From Euprymna scolopes (taxonomy: Eukaryota), in the NCBI GenBank assembly GCA_053919585.1, contig CM132805.1: a stretch of 64,000 nucleotides of DNA. The stretch is one strand, 5' to 3'. The notes under the pieces are model-generated. The model was given only the letters and a program-made list of their open reading frames with translations, was not told where the DNA came from and did no database searches. A program made the translations under genes and the position numbers. Shown here one piece after another: positions 20,691 through 33,516 of this stretch; within the stretch, counting starts at the first letter, position 1; each line of letters begins with the position of its first letter.

Positions 20691-23020
20691 TAGATAGTAA
20701 CGCTCAAATACGTGTTTGGTGATTTAATGTCCACCATAAAAATGGTCTAGTTTCACAGGTTGCATAGATGCAGCTGGACGCTCTACTCATAGTTTCTCTA
20801 TAGCCCATTCCCTCTCACAAACAATAATGTTCCCAACCGGCTATCATATCATACACCCCAGCAGCTTAATTTCAAGACCTATTCCTCACCTCAGCACTCG
20901 AGGATTGTGTAAGTAATGCAAACAGTCCACTTGGAAACGTAGACCACCTAGTACTATTAGTTGACATCACACTTAAATTCCAACCCCGCAGTTATGAGCC
21001 ATTGCCAAACACGATAAGGTACTACAAAATGATTGACTGGGAAACCATCAAAGAACACATCAGACATGACCCATGGATCAATATATTCTCTCTCCCTGTT
21101 GAACAGTGTGCCGATGAGACACTGGATAGTGCAAAGCGTATATTGAAGCACATATCGCCACACGGAAGTATTATAGTAAGCCCAACTCACCCCCATGGTT
21201 CACTAAAGATTTTGCATCTGCTTTTGAATACAGACAGCATGCATTCCGCCAGTTCGTACGTCATAAATCACATACAAATAGACAAAAATTCGTAGATGCT
21301 AGAAATTATTGTAAGAGAGAAATAGCCACAGCCAAAAGAAAGAATGATGAAATAACCAGAGAACCCATAGAATCGCAAAAGATAGGAACTCGTGATTTAT
21401 GAAAAATCTATAATAATGTAATGAATAAAAGGGTAATTCCTCCACTATCCAACAACAAGAAAGTCGAATGCATGGTAACCGAGAAGGCAGATTCGCCTCA
21501 ACTCCACTTAAGAGCCAACAAACAACTCCCTCCCAAATTTCCCTATGTAGACTGAAGCCACACTAGATGATGAAAAAATCGCCCCTTCTCATGTCCGCGA
21601 TATCACAAAAAAACTAAGCTAACCCTCGTACTTTCCAAGCTCTACAATAAATGCCTTGCTGAATCTCGCTTCCCTAATAGCTGGAGGATGGCCTCTGTGG
21701 TGCCCGTTTACAACAATTCTGAAAGAAAGGACTGACCATCTCAATTATCACTCTATCAGCCTCCTCCATCTCTTCACTAAAACTTTTGAAATCTAAATTA
21801 ATCAAGCACTAGTCCATCACCTCGCAAAAGCAAATCTCTGACAAACAGTATTGATTTAGGCAATGTTGTTTTACTACAGATATTTTAACAGTCACCTCTG
21901 AACGCATATACCAGGCGAAGCCAGAGTTGTAGCCTTTCATATATTCAATGCCTTTGACAATGTATGGCACGAATGGCTGCTAATTAAAATTAAATTGTAC
22001 GGTATAACTGGACGTATAATAAATATAATTAGGTCCTTCAAGTAGCATAACATAATTACGAGAATTCCTCAGGGGTCGATCCTTGGATCACTATTATTCT
22101 CTGATATTCATAAACGGCCTCCCTGATAATATTGTGTCCGAGATGAGTATATTTGCTGATGATACAACGCTCTATAACATGCACGAGGGAAGAACGAACC
22201 TATAAAAAGCAGATAATGACAGAATCATAAAAAAATGACCTCCAGACCGTAGTGGAATGGGGCCGCAAATGGATGGTAACATTTAATGCTAGTAAGACTA
22301 AGCTGCTCTACTTTTACAATTACAAGACGTCTCCCATCATCTTGACATCCATGACAAATAACTTCTTACCTAAGAATTTTCCTTCAAACTCCTCGGCCTA
22401 ACATTTACGCAATATGAACTGGAACAAATACATTGAAGACATTGCGAAGGCTACTGCAAAGAAAGTGGTTTCCTTCCATCAAGCTAGAAGACTACTCACA
22501 CCTGAGAGTATCCTGTACACTACAAGGCCACTATTCGCCCATGCATGGAGTATCGCTACCAGATCTGGGGTGATGCATCAACCACTTTTCTTCCCCTCTT
22601 GGATAGAGTCTAGAAAAGAGTTTTCAATCTAAAAGGCCCCACTTTGTCAACCCCTGTCCCATCACCACAATGTTGCGTCTCTGTGCCTCGTTTACAAATA
22701 TGTTACTCTGATAAACACATTGCACTTGTTCCCTCTCGACGTACATATCCCCGACAAACCTGCTTAGCTATAAAATCTCACCCCTTCACTGTTAATGCTA
22801 GAAAGCTTTCTACTCTAATAGTTTCTTCCCTCGAACAGCTAGACTTTGGAATTCCTTTCCTGCTACCTACTTCCCTGACTGTACTGATATGCAGAAGTTT
22901 AAATGTAACATAAATCAACATATTGTTAATCTTTCCTAGGCATGCTCCCAAATAGAAGCCCCTTACGCCTAAGTGGCGATATGTCTTGTTAAGTGTGAAC
23001 GTGAGTAAAAAAAAAAAAAA
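20691..23020 (+). mobile_element. CR1-group LINE remainder (APE, RT, 3' UTR, poly-A), heavily decayed
   Basis: Remnants of FGD..VHH, DHLV, FPNSW, ISLL, QY.FR, AFD.VWH, PQGSILG, IFADD; poly-A at 23007-23021. Confidence 0.8.
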
Positions 23021-23459
23021 ATAAAACATAAAATAATATATAATAAAAAACAAAGACATGAACATATTGATTGATTAAGATTTTATTTCTTTTTAAATGA
23101 TGTTTTGTTTTGTTTCATACAATAGGTAAAACTAGTCTTTTCACTTTTAATCAAATTATCAAAAATCGAGATCTGCAAAAAAAAAAAAGAAAAAGAAAAG
23201 CATTATAAGAAACATGGATAAAATTGTTTATAAAACATAAAGCACACATTAATTTGTATGACAATGGTTATCTCCCCTAGGAGAGCTCTCTAAATAAGAA
23301 AGTATTAACAGCGTACTACTTGAATGTAAGCGTCATTAGGGATAGAAAAATTCTGTAATAAGCATTAACGTTATATTTTAATGTATACAATTACAATCCT
23401 GTCTTCAACAGGTTTAGTTCGAAGTAGGGCTCTCTGTATTATTACGGAATTATGACATA

Positions 23460-24272
23460 CTAGCATTTCAGCCCGGCGTTGCCCGTGTGTTTGTAGATGT
23501 ATGTTGAGCCCCCCCCCCAAAAAAAACGGTCAATTTTTTAAAACTTTGACCTCCTATTATGCCCCCTTAACATTTATTGTCTTGGATTCAAATCGAGTTA
23601 TTGTTTGATCCATATCCAAGGAACCTATATCTAAAATTTCAAGTGCTTAGACCAAAAATTGCTGGAGGTATTTGGTAGAGTTCTCAAAGGTCAAATCGTT
23701 GAACTTTGATCCCTTAACAGCCGAATTTCTGGCCGAAAACGGATTACAAAGATTTTCCCAAATCTCAGTACCCTGTATATCAAATTTCGAGTCTATGGAC
23801 TGAAAATTGACCGAGTTATTTCGTAGGGAAATGTACACAGGCATGCACACACAGACAGGTACTTTCACTTTTATAGATACTAGCATTTCAGCCCGGCGTT
23901 GCCCGGGTGTTTGTAGGTGTATGCTGAGCAAAAAAAAAAAACAACAACAACAACAACAAAAAGAAAACCGGTCAATTTTTTAAACTTTGACCCCTATTAT
24001 GACCTCTTAACATTTATTGTTTTGGACTCAAATCAAGTTATTAAGTTAGATTCATTTCCACGGAACCTATATCTAAAATTTCAAGTGTTTAGACCCAAAA
24101 TTGTCAGAGGAGTTTGGTAGAGTTCTCAAAGGTCAGATCGTTGAACTCTGACCCCTTAAAAGCCAAATTTCTGGCCGAAACCGATCACATAGATTTTCCC
24201 AAATCTCAGTCCCATGCATATCAAATTTCGAATCTGTAGACTAAAATTGACATAGTTATGGCGTAGGGAAAT

Positions 24273-24320
<48 letters not shown>

Positions 24321-24340
24321 ACAGTTTCATTTATATAGAT
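23460..24340 (-). mobile_element. Two head-to-tail non-autonomous Helitrons (family A)
   Basis: On the minus strand each runs 5' TC, microsatellite, 3' hairpin cccgggcaacgccggg, CTAG (23460 and 23880). Confidence 0.75.
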
Positions 24341-24357
24341 ATATAGATAGATATAGA

Positions 24358-24834
24358 CTAGCAGGTCCTCCCGGTTTTGCTCGGGCCCTATGTACTGTTC
24401 ATAACTTTATGAGCATATGTATATATTAAAAAGTGTGAATATGTACCGTAATCCCTTTCTATATAATAGGTTTCCTTAACTACCATAGAGAAACGTTGGT
24501 AGTTACCGCAGGCGTCAAATTTCCAAAAAATTTGGACCTCAATTTTTACCACTTAACATTTATTGTTTTGGGCTCAAATTAAATTCAAATATTTGACCCA
24601 TGTCCAAGTAAAATACATCTAAAATTTCAAGTGTTTAGACCCAAAATTGGCGGAGGAGTTTGGTAGAGTCTGCAAAGGTCAACTCTGTAAACCTTGACCT
24701 CTTGCCAGACAAATTTTCGCCCCAAAACTGATTAAAAAGCTTGCTGCATGTCTGAATATTTAAAATTTCAAATGTTTAGACACAAAAGTGGCTTAATAGT
24801 TAGCTAGAGATTGGTAGCAAACTTTTTGGCCAAA

Positions 24835-24837
<3 letters not shown>
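24358..24837 (-). mobile_element. Related Helitron-like element with a different 3' end
   Basis: CTAG at 24358 and a GC-rich hairpin; internal blocks shared with family A; copies at 27692-28137 and ~29800-30330. Confidence 0.6.
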
Positions 24838-24894
<57 letters not shown>

Positions 24895-25179
24895 TTAATT
24901 TTATTTTTAAGGAACTGATTATTTTATAGGATGAAAATTTTTACGACACTGAAGAGAGGTTCTTTGAAATATTAAAATGTGTGCCCATCGAAATTTCTTC
25001 CTGTCAGTGCGTCGATCCTCGCATATGCTGATCATTCAATTTGAAATAGCATTTATGTTGGCTTGTCAAGCTTTAAGTTAGAATAGAATTATCGTTGGAT
25101 TGTGCCTCCTCAGTTTGAAATAGCAGTTATGTTAAAGTTGGCTATTACCTCTTCAGTTTCAATATAATTTTCGCAAATC

Positions 25180-25815
25180 AGTCGCTTTTCCGTTTTAAAT
25201 AGCATTTAGGTTTGAGTTCAAATATTATTTTCATAAATCTATCGCTTTGTTTTAAATAACGTTTACGTTTGAGTTCAAATATGATTTTCGTAAATCTATC
25301 GCTTTGTTTTAAATAACATTTACGTTTCAGTTCAAATATGATTTTCGTAAATCTATCGCTTTGTTTTAAATAACGTTTACGTTTCAGTTCAAATATAATT
25401 TTCGTAAATCTATCGCTTTGTTTTAAATAACGTTTACGTTTCAGTTCAAATATGATTTTCGTAAATCTATCGCTTTGTTTTAAATAACATTTACGTTTCA
25501 GTTCAAATATGATTTTCGTAAATCTATCGCTTTGTTTTAAATAACGTTTACGTTTCAGTTCAAATATGATTTTCGTAAATCTATCGCTTTGTTTTAAATA
25601 ACATTTACGTTTCAGTTCAAATATGATTTTCGTAAATCTATCGCTTTGTTTTAAATAACGTTTACGTTTCAGTTCAAATATGATTTTCGTAAATCTATCG
25701 GTTTGTTTTAAATAGCATTTACGTTTCAGTTCAAATATGATTTTCGTAAATCTATCGCTTTGTTTTAAATAACATTTACGTTTCAGTTCAAATATGATTT
25801 TCGTAAATCTATCGT
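25180..25815. repeat. 57-bp minisatellite, ~11 copies
   Basis: Unit aaatctatcgctttgttttaaataac(a/g)tttacgtttcagttcaaatatgattttcgt. Confidence 0.95.
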
Positions 25816-26766
25816 TTCTAGTTTGAAATAGCATTTACGTTAGTTATTACCACTACTGTTTGATTATTATTTTCGTAAATCAGTCGCATTTACGTTGACT
25901 ATTACCTCTCCAGTTCAAATGATTTGCATTAATTTGTCGGTTTACAGTTTTAAAAAGCATTTACATTTGCTATTGCTTCGTTTTATTTTTTTTACAAACG
26001 AGTTACCACTTATAAAGGCTCGAAGGCAACTCGAGGATAACGGTTAATGAGTGTCCAGTGGTCAAAGGGAACATGTAGTAAGCGTTAGTAGTTAGAATTT
26101 GGTAAATTTGATTAATCATCGAGAAGTTGTTCACGATGGACTTGAAGACAATAATATTAAAGTCAGTTAGAAAGCTACCTACTTCCCTGACTGTACTGAT
26201 ATGCAGAAGTTTAAATGTAACATAAATCAACATATTGTTAATCTTTCCTAGGCATGCTCCCAAATAGAAGCCCCTTACGCCTAAGTGGCGATATGCTTTG
26301 TAAGGGGTGAACATGAGTAAAAAAAAATAAAATAAAACATAAAATAATATATAATAAAAAACAAAGACATGAACATATTGATTGATTAAGATTTTATTTC
26401 TTTTTAAATGATGTTTTGTTTTGTTTCATACAATAGGTAAAACTAGTCTTCTCACTTTTAATCAAATTATCAAAAATCGAGATCTGCAAAAAAAAAAAAT
26501 AAAAAAGCATTATAAGAAACATGGATAAAATTGTTTATAAAACATAAAGCACACATTAATTTGTATGACAATGGTTATCTCCCCTAGGAGAGCTCTCTAA
26601 ATAAGAAAGTATTAACAGCGTACTACTTGAATGTAAGCGTCATTAGGGATAGAAAAATTCTGTAATAAGCATTAACGTTGTATTTTAATGTATACAATTA
26701 CAATCCTGTCTTCAACAGGTTTAGTTCGAAGTAGGGCTCTCTGTATTATTACGGAATTATGACATA

Positions 26767-27554
26767 CTAGCATTTCAGCCCGGCGTTGCCCGTGTGTTTG
26801 TAGATGTATGTTGAGCACCCCCCCCCAAAAAAACGGTCAATTTTTTAAAACTTTGACCTCCTATTATGCCCCCTTAACATTTATTTACTTGGATTCAAAT
26901 CGAGTTATTGTTTGATCCATATCCAAGGAACCTATATCTAAAATTTCAAGTGTTTTGACCAAAAATTGCCGGAGGTATTTGGTAGAGTTCTCAAAGGTCA
27001 AATCGTTGAACTTTGATCCCTTAACAGCCGAATTTCTGGCCGAAAACGGATTACAAAGATTTTCCCAAATCTCAGTACCCTGTATATCAAATTTCGAGTC
27101 TATGGACTGAAAATTGACCGAGTTATTTCGTAGGGAAATGTACACAGACATGCACACACAGACAGGTACTTTCACTTTTATAGATACTAGCATTTCAGCC
27201 CGGCGTTGCCCGGGTGTTTGTAGGTGTATACTGAGCAAAAAAAAAACAAAACAACAACAACAAAAAGAAAACCGGTCAATTTGTTAAACTTTGACTCCTA
27301 TTATGACCTCTTAACATTTATTGTTTTGGACTCAAATGAAGTTATTAAGTTAGATTCATGTCCACGGAACCTATATCTAAAATTTCAAGTGTTTAGACCC
27401 AAAATTGTCAGAGGAGTTTAGTAGAGTTCTCAAAGGTCAGATCGTTGAACTTTGACCCCTTAAAAGCCAAATTTCTGGCCGAAACCGATCACATAGATTT
27501 TCCCAAATCTCAGTCCCATGCATATCAAATTTCGAATCTGTAGACTAAAATTGA
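26767..27554 (-). mobile_element. Helitron family A tandem pair (duplicated copy)
   Basis: CTAG at 26767 and 27187 with the cccggcgttgcccggg hairpin. Confidence 0.75.
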
Positions 27555-28540
27555 NNNNNNNNNNNNNNNNNNNNNNNNNNNNNNNNNNNNNNNNNNNNNN
27601 NNNNNNNNNNNNNNNNNNNNNNNNNNNNNNNNNNNNNNNNNNNNNNNNNNNNNNNNNNNNNNNNNNNNNNNNNNNNNNNNNNNNNNNNNNNCGGTTTTGC
27701 TCGGGCCCTATGTACTGTTCATAACTTTATGAGCATATGTATACATTAAAAAGTGTGAATATGTACCGTAATGCCTTTCTATATAATAGGTTTCCTTAAC
27801 TACCATAGAGAAACGTTGGTAGTTACCGCAGGCGTCAAATTTCCAAAAAAGTTGGACCCCAATTTTTACCACTTAACATTTATTGTTTTGGGCTCAAATT
27901 AAATTCAAATATTTGACCCATGTCCAAGTAAAATACATCTAAAATTTCAAGTGTTTAGACCCAAAATTGGCGGAGGAGTTTGGTAGAGTCTGCAAAGGTA
28001 CCACTCTGTAAACCTTGACCTCTTGCCAGACAAATTTTCGCCCCAAAACTGATTAAAAAGCTTGCTGCATGTCTGAATATCTAAAATTTCAAATGTTTAG
28101 ACACAAAAGTGGCTTAATAGTTAGCTAGAGATTGGTANNNNNNNNNNNNNNNNNNNNNNNNNNNNNNNNNNNNNNNNNNNNNNNNNNNNNNNNNNNNNNN
28201 NNNNNNNNNNNNNNNNNNNNNNNNNNNNNNNNNNNNNNNNNNNNNNNNNNNNNNNNNNNNNNNNNNNNNAAGGAACTGATTATTTTATAGGATGAAAATT
28301 TTTACGACACTGAAGAGAGGTTCTTTGAAATATTAAAATGTCTGCCCATCGAAATGTCTTCCTGTCAGTGCGTCGATCCTCGCATATGCTGATCATTCAG
28401 TTTGAAATAGCATTTATGTTGGCTTGTCAAGCTTTAAGTTAGAATAGAATTATCGTTGGATTGTGCCTCCTCAGTTTGAAATAGCAGTTATGTTAAAGTT
28501 GGCTATTACCTCTTCAGTTTCAATATAATCTTCGCAAATC

Positions 28541-28777
28541 AGTCGCTTTTCCGTTTTAAATAGCATTTACGTTTGAGTTCAAATATTATTTTCGTAAATC
28601 TATCGCTTTGTTTTAAATAACGTTTACGTTTGAGTTCAAATATGATTTTCGTAAATCTATCGCTTTGTTTTAAATAACATTTACGTTTCAGTTCAAATAT
28701 GATTTTCGTAAATCTATCGCTTTGTTTTAAATAACGTTTACGTTTCAGTTCAAATATGATTTTCGTAAATCTATCGT
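28541..28777. repeat. 57-bp minisatellite, ~4 copies
   Basis: Same unit as 25180-25815. Confidence 0.95.
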
Positions 28778-28944
28778 TTCTAGTTTGAAATAGCATTTAC
28801 GTTAGTTATTACCACTACTGTTTGATTATTATTTTCGTAAATCAGTCGCATTTACGTTGACTATTACCTCTCCAGTTCAAATGATTTGCATTAATTTGTC
28901 GGTTTACAGTTTTAAAAAGCATTTACATTTGCTATTGCTTCGTT

Positions 28945-29500
28945 TTATTTTTTTTACAAACGAGTTACCACTTATAAAGGCTCGAAGGCAACTCGAGGAT
29001 AACGGTTAATGAGTGTCCAGTGGTCAAAGGGAACATGTAGTAAGCGTTAGTAGTTAGAATTTGGTAAATTGGATTAATCATCGAGAAGTTGTTCACGATG
29101 GACTTGAAGACAATCATATTAAAGTCAGTTAGAAAGCAGGGTGGGCAGTGCTAAGAAAGCAGCTTTGTTCATGGAATCTACGTTTAGGTTTGGGCACAGA
29201 TAAAGATTGGAAGAAATTATTGATAGTAGTTTCAGCTAGACGAGTGTTTATCGTGAAAGCCAGGCCAGGGGCAATCATAGATTGGAGCTCAGACGATCAT
29301 TTGCTATGAAACTAACGATAAAGCAGACAGGCTCGCAACGTCTCTTCTGTGGGAAAGAGCTATGAAGTAAATTTTGAACTCTGTCAAAGTAGGATAAGCT
29401 GTTTCTTCCTGCCTAGATGGACATCATTGGACACACGCGGCTCTTATATAGGTAGAGAATTGCACCAGCAGTGAGATATCTAGTTTTTGTTGCCATCAAC
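28945..29500 (-). mobile_element. CR1-group LINE 3' end
   Basis: Minus strand encodes LYKSRVCPM, LSHRRDVASL and NKAAFL-type motifs, followed by an A tail; related pieces at 25985-26173 and 40690-40935. Confidence 0.7.
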
Positions 29501-29533
29501 ACCTTGTCTTGAAGTCTTGATTTTGCACACACA

Positions 29534-29594
<61 letters not shown>

Positions 29595-29597
<3 letters not shown>

Positions 29598-29798
29598 CTA
29601 CTTCATTTACTCACATAAAATTAATATACAAAAGTATAGATTTATGCGTAAACTATAAGTATTTACTTCAAAAGAGCTCGATACGTAGGTAGGGCTAGTT
29701 AGTAATTTATAAAATATATATGGCGATTAAGCTACACTGAATATTCGGCGTTTCATCCACTCTAGGACTCCTCGGGCAAGCCTGAGGAGTCCTAGAGT
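29595..29798 (-). mobile_element. Penelope-like pLTR fragment with a degenerate hammerhead (29728-29780) and an inverted junction
   Basis: Minus strand ccgagga gtcc tagagt ggat gaaa cgccgaatattcagtg ta gctta; adjacent inverted piece aagcctgaggagtcctagagt. Confidence 0.65.
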
Positions 29799-29799
29799 A

Positions 29800-30659
29800 A
29801 ATATGCACCGTAATCCCTTTCTATATAACAGGTTTCCTTAACTATCATAGAGAAACGTTGGTAGTTACCGCAGACGTCAAATTTTTAAAAGATTTTGACA
29901 CCAATTTTTACAGCTTAACATTTATTGTTTTTGGTTCAAATTGAATTCAAATATTTGACCCATGTCCAACTAACATACATCTAAAATTTCAAGTGTTTAG
30001 GCCCAAAATTGGCGGAGGAGTTTGGTAGAATCTGCAAAGGTCAACTCTGTAAACTTTGACCTCTTGCCAGACAAATTTTCGCCCAAAAACTGATTAAAAA
30101 GCTTGCTGCATGTCTGAATACCCTTCATGTAAAATTTAAAAGTTTAGACACAATAGTTGCTTAATAAATCGCAAAGGTCAAATCTTTTGAACTTTGACCC
30201 TTTGGCAGAAAACCTTTTGGCCAAAACCGATTAAATTCTTGCCCTATTTCTGAATACCCTTTATGTAAAATTTCAAATGTTTAGACCCAAAATTGTCTGA
30301 GTAATTTGGTAGTGACCGCAGAGGTCAATTTTTAAAAATAGTTTGACCTCTATTATGACCCCTCATCATTTATTGTTTTGGGCTCAAATCGGGTAATTAG
30401 TTAGATCCATGTCCAAAGAACCTATATCGAAAAGTTCGTGTTTAGACCCAAAATTGTCGGAGGAGTTTGGTAGAGTTGTCAAAGGTCAAATCGTTGAACT
30501 TTGACTCGTTAACAGCGAAATTCCTAGCCGAAAACAGATTACAAAGAATTTCCAAAATCTCAGTACCCTTCATATAAAATTTCCAGTCTGTAGACTGAAT
30601 AATGACAGAGTTATTGCGTAGGAAAATGTACACAGACACATTCACTTTTTCAGATATCG

Positions 30660-30660
<1 letters not shown>
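29800..30660 (-). mobile_element. Composite Helitron family A fragment, followed by (GATA)n
   Basis: Shares internal and 5' blocks with 23460-24837. Confidence 0.65.
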
Positions 30661-30715
<55 letters not shown>

Positions 30716-31164
30716 TAAACAAAAATATATACGCATACATAAATATATATGGAAACAATTATGCAAGAATTAATCATGTAGAATATCTGCATGAATATAA
30801 TTACACGTAATAGTTAACTAATGATGATCATCCCATAAGAAAACCGAAAAAATGATAGGGAATTAATTAAAATGAATGTTTATCAGACTATGCAAATTAG
30901 CTAGATCTTTTGTTGGTGAATGCAATTCCACAAGCCATATATAACAAAATTGTATTTTCTTTTTTTTTTTTTTAAATAAATAGAAAATAGTGTTTTTAAT
31001 ATGAATATCAATACACGCAAAAGAAATACGAATTCATAGGAGTATATATATATATAGAGAGAGTAGAGTGATTGCAGGTGATTAAATGACTTACTGACTA
31101 GATGGTTTTTTAACGAATGATAAAAAGTAATTTTTTGTATGGTTTCAAATGTTGAAAACTTCAA

Positions 31165-31232
<68 letters not shown>

Positions 31233-31235
<3 letters not shown>

Positions 31236-31640
31236 GGAGAACTTGAATGCCTACTAGACACTGCCCTCGAGTGTCTAAGGTCTCTCTGTACAGGGGTTTG
31301 CCAGAACAATCTGGCATGAGGATACTTTTTCCATAGAAGTAAACCCTGACCAAATATTCAAAATCACATAGTATTCACAGCCCAAATAAGATCTCCTCAC
31401 TACGGCTACTCCACAGCTTTTCCGAGGAATGGTGCACCTTCTCCAAGTGATATTACCTCAAGTAATAGCACGAAGCTGGATACTCCACCAGACTAGATAA
31501 ATTCTTGTCCTGGAATCCAGTAAGAGACCAACATGAAAGATATACTACAACGTATAAAAATGGTTAATTGGGGAGAGGAAAATTATGTTCTCAATTCTTT
31601 ACTAACTCAGTGCTTGAGAGATAAAGAACTTAAGTGGAAC
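31233..31640 (+). mobile_element. Possible RTE-like 5' UTR / ORF-start remnant
   Basis: GC-richer block with several short hairpins and taaaccctgacc; recognised by weak resemblance only. Confidence 0.25.
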
Positions 31641-31743
31641 ATTCAAATATCTATGTATCTCATATAGAGTTCAACTGTTAGCCCCAGGTTGTGGGCCCCT
31701 TGATTTCTGAGAACTTCGACTGAAGTAAAATAAAACAAAAGAG

Positions 31744-31803
<60 letters not shown>

Positions 31804-31810
<7 letters not shown>

Positions 31811-33438
31811 GATCATATTTATTGGCACGGTAAAATAAAAGTTAAATTTTGTCTAATAAATTCTAAAAAAGGGATTAAATTAAAGAAAATAACAAAGTAT
31901 ATTATGTATTTTTAACTGGCCTTTCCGATGCAGCAATCGGATTTTAGAAAAAATAAATAACAAAGGAACAACAAACATAATTGCAAAAAACCCTTGTTCA
32001 AAATTATTGGCACGGCTTTGTTTTTCTTTTAGTATCAGTATAATATCAATCAATTTCCGGTTTACGTGCTTTCTGAACTTTTTTATAGCCATATTATGCT
32101 TGTTTAACGCTAATTCAGTGAATAATTTTTTTCAGATAATTTTTAGATAGCGATTTATTTAAACTATTATAAGTGACTAAATTATAATTTTCAATCGCCA
32201 TGGTTAAAACTAAGGAACACAGCGAAGACGTCAGGAAGCTTGTTGTAGCATGCCATACCAATGGGGAGGGCTATGATAAGATTTCAAAGAAGCTAAACCT
32301 TCCCAAATCCACTGTTAGAGCCATAATAAACAAGTTCAAATCGCAAGGCCACCTTATGAGTTTAGAGGGTAGAGGGAGAAAAAGGATTCTTTCCCCAAGA
32401 GATGAACGGAAAATTGTTCGACAAGTAAAATAAAACCCAAGGATCTCTGTTGGGGAGATTGTTGATGAACAGAGCACCTCTGGAGTGAATGTATCTCGAC
32501 ATACAGTTGGTAGAGTTTTGAAGAGAGCTGATTTAAAAGCATGTCGTCCGAGAAAGACTCCCTTATTGAAGCCTATGCACCTGAAAGCAAGGCTAGCCTT
32601 TGAAAAACGTCATATTGATAAAGATGTTGCATTCTGGAAACGTGTTCTATGGACTGACGAAACGAAAATAGAGTTATTTGGCCATAATAAAGTGTCTTAT
32701 ATTTACAGAAAATCTGGCGAAGCTTTCCTGCCTAAGAACACCATACCCACAGTGAAGCACGGTGGAGGCAGTTTGATGTTTTGGGGATCCTTTGCTGCCT
32801 CTGGATCAGGGCGACTTGTTAAGGTCACAGGTAGCATAAAAAAGGAAGATTATGTTAAAATATTGGATGGAAATCTGAAAGACTCTGCTAAAGAGCTCTC
32901 ACTTGGTCGTCGTTGGTGGTTCATGCAAGATAATGACCCAAAGCATTCGGCTAAACTGACTAAGAAATGGCTTGAGGACAATCATATTAATGTTTTGGAG
33001 TGGCCATCACAAAGCCCAGACCTTAATCCAATTGAAAATTTATGGAGAACATTAAAATTGAGGGTAATGCAAAGGAAGCCTAAGAATCTTATTCAATTGG
33101 AGGATTATTGTCAGGAAGAGTGGGCTAAAATTACTACTGAAGAGTGCAACAACTTGGTTGTAAACTATGAAAAGCGACTGAGGAAGGTAATCAAGGCCAA
33201 AGACTATACAATTGATTATTAAATAAATCGTGCCAGTAATTTTGAACAAGGGTTTTTTGCAATTATGTTTGTTGTTCCTTTGTTATTTATTTTTTCTAAA
33301 ATCCGATTGCTGCATCGGAAAGGCCAGTTAAAAATACATAATATACTTTGTTATTTTCTTTAATTTAATCCCTTTTTTAGAATTTATTAGACAAAATTTA
33401 ACTTTATTTTACCGTGCCAATAAATATGATCATCACTG
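31804..33438 (+). mobile_element. Tc1-family DNA transposon, IR/DR type
   Basis: ~210-bp TIRs (31804-~32013 and ~33229-33438) with internal direct repeats containing attggcacgg; TA TSD; the left terminal C reads T. Confidence 0.95.
32200..33222 (+). pseudogene. Tc1 transposase (340 codons, DD34E) with one in-frame TAA at 32431-32433
   Basis: ORFs 32200 and 32485 are in the same frame; GRKR linker, WTDETK, TVKHGGG, QDNDPKH, SPDLNPIENLW. Confidence 0.93.
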
Positions 33439-33516
33439 TATATTAGCAGCCCGGTCGTAAAAATACGCTTAAATATTATATATTGATTAATGCATATTTG
33501 CATATTTATTATTATA

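Larger units (their letters stand above)
22862..26173 (+). repeat. Tandem segmental duplication, copy 1 (3312 bp)
   Basis: Near-identical to 26174-29137. Confidence 0.9.
26174..29137 (+). repeat. Tandem segmental duplication, copy 2 (contains two gaps)
   Basis: Near-identical to 22862-26173; gc microhomology at the junction. Confidence 0.9.

Noticed and set aside
24947-24985. ctgaaga...gaaa as a hammerhead (also ~28310)
   Set aside because: Stem II is implausible and the cleavage position would be G.
25178-25834. 218-aa repeat protein or CRISPR-like array
   Set aside because: Contiguous 57-bp tandem units with no unique spacers; the open frame follows from a stop-free unit whose length is divisible by 3.
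31233-31320. HDV-like ribozyme at a putative RTE 5' end
   Set aside because: Could not assign the nested P1/P1.1/P2/P3 pseudoknot.
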